Below are positions 18,296 to 27,310 of a DNA stretch of 64,000 nucleotides, in pieces. Location of the stretch: the NCBI GenBank assembly GCA_963700985.1, contig OY969554.1:1-64000 (forward strand). Direction: 5' to 3'. Position numbers and translations under genes: made by a program. Position 1 is the stretch's first letter. Every line of letters starts with the position of its first letter. The stretch comes from an uncultured Chlamydiales bacterium (GTDB taxonomy: Bacteria; Chlamydiota; Chlamydiia; Chlamydiales; Rhabdochlamydiaceae). The notes beneath the pieces were generated by a model that was not told the origin of the DNA, ran no database searches, and was given only the letters and a program-made list of their open reading frames with translations.

Positions 18296-19267
18296 GTGGC
18301 AAAAATCAATCTAGTTCAAGCTAGGGGTAACAGCTTTTTCTTCGATGGTATTTTCTCTATAGGTGTTTACACGAAAAATAAAATGGCAGTGCTGATCGAC
18401 AGCGGGATCAGTAAAGATCTAGCCAAAGAGCTTAATAAAACTCTGATGCAAGCTGATTATGAAGTGGTGGCAATCATCAATACTCATTGCCATGGCGATC
18501 ACTGTGGCGGTAATGCGTTTTTTCAAGAAAAATACCCAAAGATAAGAATTTTTAGTACTGAAAGAGAAAGAGCATTTATTGAGGATCCTTTGATGGCTCC
18601 CATTTGCTTCTGTGGTGGTGCGGCAGCTTTCGAGGAATTAAAAAAATGTAAACCCATCACACCTCAGCAGGCTTCCAAAGTCACCGATATTATTGCTCCT
18701 TACGAGGATCAAAGGATAAACGTTAATGAAGAGATATTCGAAATTATCACATTACCTGGACATACAAGAGGTATGATTGCCGTCAGAACGCCCGATAATG
18801 TGCTCTATTGTGGCGATGCAATTTTTGGCGAAGCTACCTTTAAGAAGTATCCCATTTTATTTTATACCGATATTGGCGATACGTTGAGCTCTTTTAAAAA
18901 GCTAAGATCATTAATTCCATCCATTGATGTCAGCATTCTCTACCATGGTGGCATAGTATCCAATTTGGCTTCGTTAATTGATGATCATGAGAAATGTATT
19001 CTTGAGGTCAAGGATACGGTCCTTTCAATGTTAAGTGAACGGCCTCTTTCCGTAGACGAAATAACCGCCAAAATCATGCAAAGAAATAAAATTCCTGACG
19101 ACATCATTTCTTACACTCTCACTAAGACCCCTATTCAGGCTTACGTAGCAGAGTTAGAGCGAGAGAATACCGTAGAAATACGTGTAACGGATGGCATCAA
19201 TCGCGCTCATTTTATTAACAAAGCGTCTGCTCATTCAGCGCATTCTAATCCACCCGTAGTCATGTAA
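18296..19267 (+). CDS. MBL-fold metallo-hydrolase
   Basis: LIDSG, THCHGDHCGG, LPGHT, GDA, HG; start taken at GTG 18296 after AGGA. Confidence 0.9.
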   Translation: MAKINLVQARGNSFFFDGIFSIGVYTKNKMAVLIDSGISKDLAKELNKTLMQADYEVVAIINTHCHGDHCGGNAFFQEKYPKIRIFSTERERAFIEDPLMAPICFCGGAAAFEELKKCKPITPQQASKVTDIIAPYEDQRINVNEEIFEIITLPGHTRGMIAVRTPDNVLYCGDAIFGEATFKKYPILFYTDIGDTLSSFKKLRSLIPSIDVSILYHGGIVSNLASLIDDHEKCILEVKDTVLSMLSERPLSVDEITAKIMQRNKIPDDIISYTLTKTPIQAYVAELERENTVEIRVTDGINRAHFINKASAHSAHSNPPVVM

Positions 19268-19294
19268 CCTTGTTGCCTATATTCTTTTGGAGGT

Positions 19295-19648
19295 GTGTCT
19301 TTGGAATTATCTGAATATGTAACCTTAGTGATGACAGTTCCAGAAAGCCATGCAGATCAGTTAAGAGAAGCCATGGGGCTTGCCGGAGCAGGCAAGGTTG
19401 GAAACTACTCTTTTTGCAGTTTCTCAGTAAAAGGAGTAGGTCGTTTCAAGCCAGGCAAGGGAGCGAATCCTTTTATCGGCAAAGAAAACACATTGGAAAC
19501 AGTCGTAGAAGAGCGTATCGAAACCGTTTGCCATAAAGAGAAATTGGAAGAGGTTCTCGATGCAATCAAAAAAGCGCATCCGTATGAGGAAATGACCATC
19601 GATATCTATCCGGTTTACGAGGTAGGCCGCAAGAAAGCAAAAACCTAA
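19295..19648 (+). CDS. Nif3/YqfO PII-like domain protein (stand-alone)
   Basis: AGAGKVGNYSFCSF, G.F.P..GANPFIG, HPYEE. Confidence 0.85.
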   Translation: MSLELSEYVTLVMTVPESHADQLREAMGLAGAGKVGNYSFCSFSVKGVGRFKPGKGANPFIGKENTLETVVEERIETVCHKEKLEEVLDAIKKAHPYEEMTIDIYPVYEVGRKKAKT

Positions 19649-19662
19649 AGCCTATGAAAAAC

Positions 19663-19689
19663 AAAAAACCTCGGATTTCTCCGAGGTTT
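19663..19689. terminator. Intrinsic terminator between convergent genes
   Basis: AAACCTCGGA-TTTC-TCCGAGGTTT hairpin with A/T tracts. Confidence 0.75.
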
Positions 19690-19703
19690 ATAGCCAATTG
19701 TTA

Positions 19704-20009
19704 TTACCCTTGATGTAGGATTTGTGCGCCAATTGTTGCGAAACAGGCTCCAGGTGAGATTGGAGAAGAGAAACAGGCTGCGGCTACTGGGGCAGTACGT
19801 GACGCTACATCTCCTCCAGTACGAGCTAGAGCTCCAATGCAAGGTCTGGTAAGAACTCCACCAGCACAGTTTTCTCTAACGCGATTGCGCTCTGCTGCGC
19901 TACTAACCTGATAAGTGATATACATCAGGGCCAATACAATAGCGCTGCCTACTAAGATCCGAGTAAAACCATCATCTGTTCCTTGACCTGATACGGGGCG
20001 TATTGACAT
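19704..20009 (-). CDS. Small membrane-anchored hypothetical protein with four Cys
   Basis: Strong RBS AGGAGG; one TM helix ILVGSAIVLALMYITY; terminator downstream. Confidence 0.7.
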   Translation of the reverse strand: MSIRPVSGQGTDDGFTRILVGSAIVLALMYITYQVSSAAERNRVRENCAGGVLTRPCIGALARTGGDVASRTAPVAAACFSSPISPGACFATIGAQILHQG

Positions 20010-20206
20010 AGCAACCTCCTTTGGTTTGCATAAAACAAACTTTACAGAATCTTTATAAATTTGCTAAAGACTTTTTTTAGTTAGGGTAAGCAACAGCGAG
20101 AAAGAAAACTTACATTTTTCTTAAAGAAAGAATTTGTCTTTATTCCAAATGGGGAATATAAGAGGCGTTCATTTTTTTTACGTAACCCATTTACAAGGAG
20201 TCTTCT

Positions 20207-21175
20207 ATGGCCACCCCAGTATCAGCTTCGAGAGCAGGTTATCCTCCACTAAGATCCGAAGAGAAAAAACCCACTCCTGCACCAGCATCACCATCGGCAA
20301 TGTCCGGTGCTAGCAGCATTCAAAGTGCGGTGCCTGCGCCTGGAACGCGTGACGCAGCGGCATTGAAAACACAAACATCAGATCTCAGCGAACTATTTAA
20401 TCTTGGATTGAGCTTCGCAACAGGTCGAGGCGCGGCCAAGGATGAGCGCGAAGCTGTCCGATGGTACAGAATGGCTGCTGAAAAGGGTCATCTAGCTGCA
20501 CAATGCAATCTTGCGGTGATGTTAGCACATGGCCGAGGTGTGGACAAGAATGAGCAAGAAGCTGCTCTATGGTACAAAAAGGCTGCTGAACGAGGTCATG
20601 CTGTCGCACAGTTCAATCTTGGGGTGATGCATACAAATGGCCAAGGCGTGCCGAAGAAGGATGATCGCGAAGCTGCCCAATGGTTCAAAAAGGCTGCTGA
20701 TCAGGGGTATGTTGAGGCACAATTCAATCTTGGGGCGATGTACACAAGTGGTCAAGGCGTAATCAAGGATTTGGGCGAAGCTGCCCGATGGTACGAACTG
20801 GCTGCCGCGCAGGGATATGCACAGGCACAAGTTACTCTTGGGGTGATATTCGCATCTGGTCGAGGCGTGCCCAAGGATGATAGCAAAGCTGCCCGATGGT
20901 TAAAAATGGCTGCTGAACAGGGGCGTGCAGATGCACAATACAGTTTTGGGGCGATGCTCGCAATTGGCCGAGGAGTAACCAAGAATTGGGACGAAGCTTT
21001 CCAATGGATCAAAAAGGCTGCTGATCAAGGGCGAGCAGATGCACAACACCAGCTTGGGATGATGTACGCAGCTGGTGGTGGCGTGGCCAAGGATGCGCGC
21101 GAAGCTGCTCGATGGTTCAAAAAAGCTGCTGATCAAGGTCATCCAGACGCACTCAAAAAACTTGCAGCCTCTTAA
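20207..21175 (+). CDS. Sel1-like repeat protein (7 repeats) with Ser/Pro/Ala-rich N-terminus
   Basis: Repeated AQxxLGxMYxxGxGVxKDxxEAxxWxxxAAxQG; RBS AAGGAG. Confidence 0.95.
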   Translation: MATPVSASRAGYPPLRSEEKKPTPAPASPSAMSGASSIQSAVPAPGTRDAAALKTQTSDLSELFNLGLSFATGRGAAKDEREAVRWYRMAAEKGHLAAQCNLAVMLAHGRGVDKNEQEAALWYKKAAERGHAVAQFNLGVMHTNGQGVPKKDDREAAQWFKKAADQGYVEAQFNLGAMYTSGQGVIKDLGEAARWYELAAAQGYAQAQVTLGVIFASGRGVPKDDSKAARWLKMAAEQGRADAQYSFGAMLAIGRGVTKNWDEAFQWIKKAADQGRADAQHQLGMMYAAGGGVAKDAREAARWFKKAADQGHPDALKKLAAS

Positions 21176-21245
21176 GTTTTAAATGAGAATCCCCTAGCGC
21201 GATCTGGGGGTAGTTTTAGGGAAAGCTCTATGTCTTTGAAATTGA

Positions 21246-21674
21246 TTATTTGGCGGCGTGGATAATATAGGTGACGACGCCCCAGACTTGGAAGTCGCTT
21301 TCAGCTTTAATCTCGATGGGTTGGTAGGCGGGATTTTCGGCAATAAGTGAGAGTTTGCCGCGGTGTTTGCGCAGTCGTTTGACAGTGAACTCGCCGTTTA
21401 AGATGGCGACGATGATCTTGCCATCGCTGGCTTCGAGGGCGCGATCGACGATGAGCACATCACCAGATAAAATACCGGCACCTTCCATAGATTTTCCTTC
21501 TACGCGCACGAAGAAGGTGGCAGCGGGATGTGTGACCAGCAGCGCATTGAGGTCAAGCGCCTGCTCGACTGCATCCTCAACAGGTGCGGCAAAGCCTGCT
21601 GGAACTGCAGCAAGAAAAAGAGGAAAAGCTGGGGAGCTTTTCCTCTCAATTTTTTGAATGTCTAAAATTTGCAT
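21246..21674 (-). CDS. umuD: DNA polymerase V accessory subunit (peptidase S24)
   Basis: VPAGFAAP cleavage site, LDLNALLVTHPAATFFVRV, GKSM (Ser), FTVKRL (Lys), VWGVV; no HTH; start taken at ATG 21674. Confidence 0.93.
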   Translation of the reverse strand: MQILDIQKIERKSSPAFPLFLAAVPAGFAAPVEDAVEQALDLNALLVTHPAATFFVRVEGKSMEGAGILSGDVLIVDRALEASDGKIIVAILNGEFTVKRLRKHRGKLSLIAENPAYQPIEIKAESDFQVWGVVTYIIHAAK

Positions 21675-21678
21675 GTGG

Positions 21679-23166
21679 TTAGTCGAGTTTGATCGAGTAG
21701 AAGCGCGTTGCATTGCCCTGGCGCACCAGCAGCAAGACGCGTTTCTTGTTAGCTAGATCATTCAGTGCTTCATTAAATTCGTTCACATTGGTGATCTTTT
21801 TGTGATCGATGCCTTGAATCAAGAAACCAGGGCGTAAACCAGCGCGTGAGCTGATTGAGCCTGGTTTAATGCGTGTGATTACCACGCCCTGCTCATCACG
21901 GCTGTAGCCGAGTTCTTTATTCTTTTCAGGGGTGAGTGTTTCAACTTCTAGTCCGAGCTTCTGAACGATGCCTCCGGTAGAGAGTTGATCGTCAGAAACA
22001 GAGCCCAAAGTTACCGGAACATTCAGCAGTTTGCCTTTGCGATTAACTTTTAGGTTGAGGATCGTGCCAGGCGCCATGAGGGAGACCTCATTTCTAAAGC
22101 CACCCAAAGATTTTATGGGCGTTTTGTTGTACTCAAGAATGATGTCGCCTTGTTTTAAACCGGCTTTATCGGCAGGTGAGTCTTTAATCACCTCAGAGAC
22201 GAGCGCGCCTTCGGGTTTCTCGAGATTGAAAGCATCTGCGATGTCTTTATCCACCGGTTGCAGTGAGACTCCCAAGAAGCCGCGCGTGACAACTCCCTTG
22301 TCGATAATCTGCGTCATGATGTTTTTGGCCATATTACTGGGGATGGCAAAGCCGATTCCCATGTAGCCGCCTGAACGCGAAACAATGGCAGTATTGATGC
22401 CGATAACTTCGCTTTTTAAGTTGAGCAGAGGTCCACCCGAATTGCCTGGGTTGATGGCGGCATCCGTTTGAATAAAATCTTCCAGATCATTGATGCGTAA
22501 GTTTTGTCTTCCCTTGGCACTGATCACGCCCACAGTTAGAGAAGCCTCTAATTGGAAAGGACTGCCAATGGCAATAACCCATTCGCCGATGTCCATAGCA
22601 TCAGAATCTCCGAGACGAATATAGGGGAGGTCTTTGCCATCGATTTTAATTACGGCGATGTCAGTGTGTGGATCGGAACCGATTAAGGTGGCATCCATTT
22701 CACGCGCATCATTCAATACGACAGTAATTCTATCCGCGCCTTTCACGACGTGCGCATTGGTCATGATGTATCCGTCGGCCGTAACCAAGAAGCCAGAGCC
22801 TTGGCTCATCTGTGGAGGCTGAGGCATGTTGCGCCCTTTGGGAGAGTAACCGAAGAAGCGGTTGAAGAAGTCGTCGCCAAAATAGTCAAAAGGGTTCTGA
22901 TAGGCTTCATTTCCGCCGCCACCGCCACCACCACCACCTAATCCTCCCATGTCTTCTGGCATTGCATTGCTTTCGATTTTGACGAAAACTACGCCAGGAA
23001 TGGCTTTTTTAGCCACTATGGTAAAGGCTTTAGATGTCTGCTCAGCCGAGCAACATTCTGGGGAAATTTCAGTAGATGCTGGAGGTACGGGTTTAGGGGG
23101 CGCAGCCGATAAGGAAAGAGCTGTGCAAGAGAGGACAAGGAGTGTGGTTGTCGTAAAACGTTTCAT
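21679..23166 (-). CDS. htrA: HtrA/DegP serine protease with two PDZ domains
   Basis: Signal peptide, TNAHVV, DIAVIK, QTDAAINPGNSGGPL, two PDZ domains. Confidence 0.97.
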   Translation of the reverse strand: MKRFTTTTLLVLSCTALSLSAAPPKPVPPASTEISPECCSAEQTSKAFTIVAKKAIPGVVFVKIESNAMPEDMGGLGGGGGGGGGNEAYQNPFDYFGDDFFNRFFGYSPKGRNMPQPPQMSQGSGFLVTADGYIMTNAHVVKGADRITVVLNDAREMDATLIGSDPHTDIAVIKIDGKDLPYIRLGDSDAMDIGEWVIAIGSPFQLEASLTVGVISAKGRQNLRINDLEDFIQTDAAINPGNSGGPLLNLKSEVIGINTAIVSRSGGYMGIGFAIPSNMAKNIMTQIIDKGVVTRGFLGVSLQPVDKDIADAFNLEKPEGALVSEVIKDSPADKAGLKQGDIILEYNKTPIKSLGGFRNEVSLMAPGTILNLKVNRKGKLLNVPVTLGSVSDDQLSTGGIVQKLGLEVETLTPEKNKELGYSRDEQGVVITRIKPGSISSRAGLRPGFLIQGIDHKKITNVNEFNEALNDLANKKRVLLLVRQGNATRFYSIKLD

Positions 23167-23264
23167 ATTTGAACCCTCTATAAGTTAAGTCGCTTTTTTT
23201 TCAGTTGTGGAAAAGTTGAATATATCGCGCTCCCAAGATAAAGCACAAGATGCTCAGACAAATT

Positions 23265-26207
23265 TTATAGGGGGACGATTGGGAGAACTTTCTCTTTTTC
23301 AAGAAGCTCTCGGCCCGCGAAACAGACAGTTACGCCATCATCTTTTTTAGGTAAAATTTCTTTTTCAATGACCTGCTGCAGCTGTTTCTTATTCAGCATG
23401 AGCAAGCGTTCGCGATAGCTTTGACGGCGCTCGCGGGTTTTGCCATCGCGCCACCAGTTATAAGCGGCAGTGGCACGGCTACCGGGCGCAATAGGTACGT
23501 CCATCGATTGGATTACGCCGAGCTTGGCTTCTTCGACATCTGATTCTTCAAAATGGCCGAGAGCCAAGGTTTCAATTGATTCGCGAAATGCTGTTAACGT
23601 TTGTGCGATATGCGGGTCGCGATAAGCATGAAAATAGAAATTTCCAAAAGAGGCGCTATAAGAGGCACCTGTGCCGTAGGCTCCGCCTTCTTCGCGGATT
23701 TTTCGATGTAAAATTTTATTCTCAAAAAGAGGCATGGCACAACTCATCGCGGGTGCATGCGGATGAATATAGTGAATCGAGTTAAAGGCTTGAACGGTGA
23801 AGGCCACAGGTGAAGAGATAGGCCTTGCCTGTGAAGCCACTGGAGAAATAACGAGATTGTTTTTCCAAGGTGCAGAATTTTTTAAGGGAAGATTAGGCAG
23901 CTCGAAGAAGTTATGCTTGCGTATCTGGCTGTAGATCTTATCGTCGCAGCTGAGCACGAGGTGCGGAGGGGCGTGGCAGAAGAGCTTTTCTTTAAGGATC
24001 TGCAGTTTTTCGATGATGGCAGCGGGATTTTTTTGAACCATTTTTTCCATCTGCTGCACAGCTTTGAAATAAGTGAGGCCATAGAGCGTATTGCTCAGAT
24101 GGCACGCCGGTGAAAAACCACTAAGTGCTAGCTGCATAGCGTAGCGCAGTGATTGGCGATTGAAGCGGTTTTGCATCGATGTATTGAGCTGCATAACGAG
24201 CTCACGAATTCTCTCTTTGTCTTCGAAGCGCGGCTGAGCGACCATATCTTTAATCAGCGTAAAGAGCTTATCAGATTTTCGATAGAGAGCTTTTCCGCGG
24301 ATCGTCAAAGCGGGCCTCAATTTAAAGGGCTCATCTATTTGCGGGTGAAGTGCCGTCAAAGCGCCGATGCCACCTGTATGACACTGGATGTATTCTAGAT
24401 TGTCATGCCAATTGCGATTACCAGCTCCAATTTCAGGTAGAAGAGCTGCCAGAAGTTGAAGATAGGGAAGTTCTTCTTCGCTGAGTTCAGGCAGATCGAG
24501 AACGAGATCGGCATAGAGAATCTGGTTAGTGAAGCAGTTATGATGAAAGATTTGCAAGTCGCCAAAGCTCTCATGGTGTAGAGGTAGATCGTGCACATTT
24601 ACGGGCACATCTTCTAGATCTACTTTGGGCAGAACATTGAGGTTCTGCTGCTCTGTCTCTTTTTGATACTGAGCCAGGTTTTCCGCCTGCTTGACAATAG
24701 CAGTCACTTCGTTCGGCTTAAGCGCTTTTTTGATGCGCTCGAGTGTCTCTTTTTCATCCGCTTGCTCTTTCGCTGCGATGTCTGGATCTGGAACCATCAC
24801 CAAGCGCACGCGATGGTGGTTGTTAATTAGCTGTTTTCTGATGATCGAAGAGAGGTAGGCTGGATCTTTGGTAAGATTGATTAGCTTTTCAAAATGAGAG
24901 TGGATCGTCAGCGCATTTTCTGGAGGGCAGCCATGTTGTCTAGCCAAGGCAGAGCGCATGAATAGAGTCAGGCCAAACGGAGAGGCATCACCGGTGATCT
25001 CTGTGCGTGCAAACTCTAGTTGATGTATGGCTGTGTCAACCAAGTGTGTAGGAATTCCTTCTTCGGCGATTTTTTCTAGCGAATCTAAAATTTTCTTCTC
25101 AAGCTTATCGACATTCTCTTTTTCACATCCTTTGCAGACGATCAAGTAGGGCACTTCGCTCATGTCGATATCGGTATACGCATCCGCATGGATGCATAAC
25201 CCCGATTTAAGCAGGGGAAGTTTGAGTAGTGAGGCGTCTGTATCCATCAAGACTGAATCGAGCACGCAGAGAGCGAGCACTTCGTCTTGTTTTAAAAGAG
25301 GAAAGGTCAGCCAGCCAAAAGCGATGATGGTTTTATTGGCTAGCTCTTCGCCTTCGTTGATGGGAAAGTGGCGTTCAATCACTTTGGGCGTTTTAAAGCG
25401 CGGCTGCAGAGGAATATGGGGAATGGAAGGCTGCTTGAGAACATTTTTTAGCGCTTTTTCAGTGATGAAATCCAGATGCTTTTTCAGCGGGAAATTTCCG
25501 TAGAAAAAGAAGAGGCAGCGGCTGGGATGGTAGTAGGTTTCATGAAAAGCGATAAGCTCTTCATAGGTCAACTTAGGAATCTCTTTGGGATCTCCACCCG
25601 AGTTATAACCATAAGGAAGATCGGGAAAAAGCTCGGCCATCATCTCATACCAGAGGCGCGAATCGGCAGAGGCGAGGCTGCCTTTCATCTCATTGAATAC
25701 GATGCCTTTGTATTCAAGCGGGGTCTTAGGATTTGTTCCATCGGCGAATTCAAGTCGATGGCCCTCTTGCAAAAAACTCAGTTTTTTAAGTTGCGGATGA
25801 AATACGGCGTCGAGGTAAACGTCGAGAAGATTATAAAAATCCTTCTCCACCTGTGAAGCAGCGGGATAGCAGGTGAAATCAGAGCCGGTGAGCGCGTTCA
25901 TATACGTATTTAAACTGCGGCGGCTCATGGCAAAGAATGGATCTTTGATCGGAAATCTACGCGAACCACACAAAACTGTATGCTCGAGAATGTGCGCCGC
26001 ACCGTTCGAACTATCGGGGAGTGTTTTGAATGAAAGACAGAAGAGGTTTTCTGGATCGTCAGCGGCAATATGCATCACCTGCGCGCCTGACCCTTCGTGA
26101 GTCAGTTCGCGCAGTGTGCTATTGAGTTCAGTGATCGGAACAATTTTGGTTAAGACAAAATCGCCATAACGATCACCGACATGCTCTAAAATCAGATCTT
26201 TCATCAC
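23265..26207 (-). CDS. M16C (PreP/insulinase-family) zinc metallopeptidase
   Basis: Inverted zinc motif HILEHTVLCGS, NALT, NEMKG, SGGDP, IREEGGAYG, YRDP. Confidence 0.95.
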   Translation of the reverse strand: MMKDLILEHVGDRYGDFVLTKIVPITELNSTLRELTHEGSGAQVMHIAADDPENLFCLSFKTLPDSSNGAAHILEHTVLCGSRRFPIKDPFFAMSRRSLNTYMNALTGSDFTCYPAASQVEKDFYNLLDVYLDAVFHPQLKKLSFLQEGHRLEFADGTNPKTPLEYKGIVFNEMKGSLASADSRLWYEMMAELFPDLPYGYNSGGDPKEIPKLTYEELIAFHETYYHPSRCLFFFYGNFPLKKHLDFITEKALKNVLKQPSIPHIPLQPRFKTPKVIERHFPINEGEELANKTIIAFGWLTFPLLKQDEVLALCVLDSVLMDTDASLLKLPLLKSGLCIHADAYTDIDMSEVPYLIVCKGCEKENVDKLEKKILDSLEKIAEEGIPTHLVDTAIHQLEFARTEITGDASPFGLTLFMRSALARQHGCPPENALTIHSHFEKLINLTKDPAYLSSIIRKQLINNHHRVRLVMVPDPDIAAKEQADEKETLERIKKALKPNEVTAIVKQAENLAQYQKETEQQNLNVLPKVDLEDVPVNVHDLPLHHESFGDLQIFHHNCFTNQILYADLVLDLPELSEEELPYLQLLAALLPEIGAGNRNWHDNLEYIQCHTGGIGALTALHPQIDEPFKLRPALTIRGKALYRKSDKLFTLIKDMVAQPRFEDKERIRELVMQLNTSMQNRFNRQSLRYAMQLALSGFSPACHLSNTLYGLTYFKAVQQMEKMVQKNPAAIIEKLQILKEKLFCHAPPHLVLSCDDKIYSQIRKHNFFELPNLPLKNSAPWKNNLVISPVASQARPISSPVAFTVQAFNSIHYIHPHAPAMSCAMPLFENKILHRKIREEGGAYGTGASYSASFGNFYFHAYRDPHIAQTLTAFRESIETLALGHFEESDVEEAKLGVIQSMDVPIAPGSRATAAYNWWRDGKTRERRQSYRERLLMLNKKQLQQVIEKEILPKKDDGVTVCFAGRELLEKEKVLPIVPL

Positions 26208-26214
26208 TCTTTTA

Positions 26215-27291
26215 TTAGGTCCAAGTCAGTGTTGCAGAAGACTGGTACTCATTGACTCGTGTCTCGAAAAAGTTTTTCTCTTTACCGAGGTCGATCGTCT
26301 CGCTCATCCATGGGAATGGATTTTTAGAGCGGTAGATCGCTTTAAGCCCGATGCGTTCTAAGCGTCTGTCAGCAATATACTGCACATAGTCGCGGAACAT
26401 CGGCGCTGTGAGCCCTAAGATGCCTTTAGGAAGACAGTCTTGCGCATATAGCACTTCTAATTCCACTGCTTCTTTAATCAGATCGACAATATGTGTCTGG
26501 AATTCTGTGGTCCAGAGCTCTGGATTCTCTTCTTTAATGCCGTTGATGAGGTCGATTCCAAAATTCAAATGCACCGTTTCATCACGCAGAATGTATTGGA
26601 ACTGCTCTCCAATCCCGGTCATCTTATTCTGTCTATGGAAAGAGAGAATCATAACAAAACCACTATAGAAGAAGATCCCTTCCATAATGATGTAGTATCC
26701 AATCAAGTTTTTGAGAAACTGTCTTGCACCTTCAGGTGTTGAAGTATCGAATTTGCCATCGACGATATTTTCGGTGAGTTTCATCTCAAACGTATCTTTG
26801 GCATGAATCGTATTGATCTCATTGTACATGTTGAAAATTTCGCCTTGATCAAGCGCGAGTGATTCAACGATGTAGTGGAAAGTATGTGTGTGGATCGCTT
26901 CTTCAAAAGCCTGACGCAGCAGGTATTGACGTACTTCTGGATTCGTGACATATTTGAAAATCGCCAGCACGATGTTATTGCCAACCAAGCTCTCAGCTGT
27001 GCTGAAAAAGCCTAGGTTGCGCATGATCACGCGTTTTTCATCTTCGCTTAAGCCATCAGACTTCCACATCTCGATGTCTTTTCCCATGGGCACTTCGGTA
27101 GGCATCCAATGGTTTGCGCAGCCGTTAAGATAGTGTTCCCATGCCCACTTATACTTAAGAGGCATCAGTTGATTGACGTCTACTGTGTGACAGTTAATCA
27201 GGCGTTTTTCAGTGACTTTAACGCGCTTGTCAGCGCCGAGTTTTTCTAACTCTTCCTTTTCACTTGTTTTAACTTCATCAAAGCTGAGCAT
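26215..27291 (-). CDS. nrdB: Ribonucleotide reductase beta subunit, class Ic (Mn/Fe) type
   Basis: FFSTAES (Glu first ligand), EEAIHTHTF (Phe at the radical-Tyr position), [22 protein letters not shown]. Confidence 0.96.
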   Translation of the reverse strand: MLSFDEVKTSEKEELEKLGADKRVKVTEKRLINCHTVDVNQLMPLKYKWAWEHYLNGCANHWMPTEVPMGKDIEMWKSDGLSEDEKRVIMRNLGFFSTAESLVGNNIVLAIFKYVTNPEVRQYLLRQAFEEAIHTHTFHYIVESLALDQGEIFNMYNEINTIHAKDTFEMKLTENIVDGKFDTSTPEGARQFLKNLIGYYIIMEGIFFYSGFVMILSFHRQNKMTGIGEQFQYILRDETVHLNFGIDLINGIKEENPELWTTEFQTHIVDLIKEAVELEVLYAQDCLPKGILGLTAPMFRDYVQYIADRRLERIGLKAIYRSKNPFPWMSETIDLGKEKNFFETRVNEYQSSATLTWT

Positions 27292-27310
27292 AATCTTTCT
27301 CTTTTAAATT

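Noticed and set aside
20390-21150. ~108-bp periodic DNA repeats that could be mistaken for a CRISPR or tandem array
   Set aside because: Fully explained by coding Sel1 repeats; no spacers or cas genes
21246-21674. Possible lexA
   Set aside because: No N-terminal DNA-binding domain; size and motifs fit UmuD
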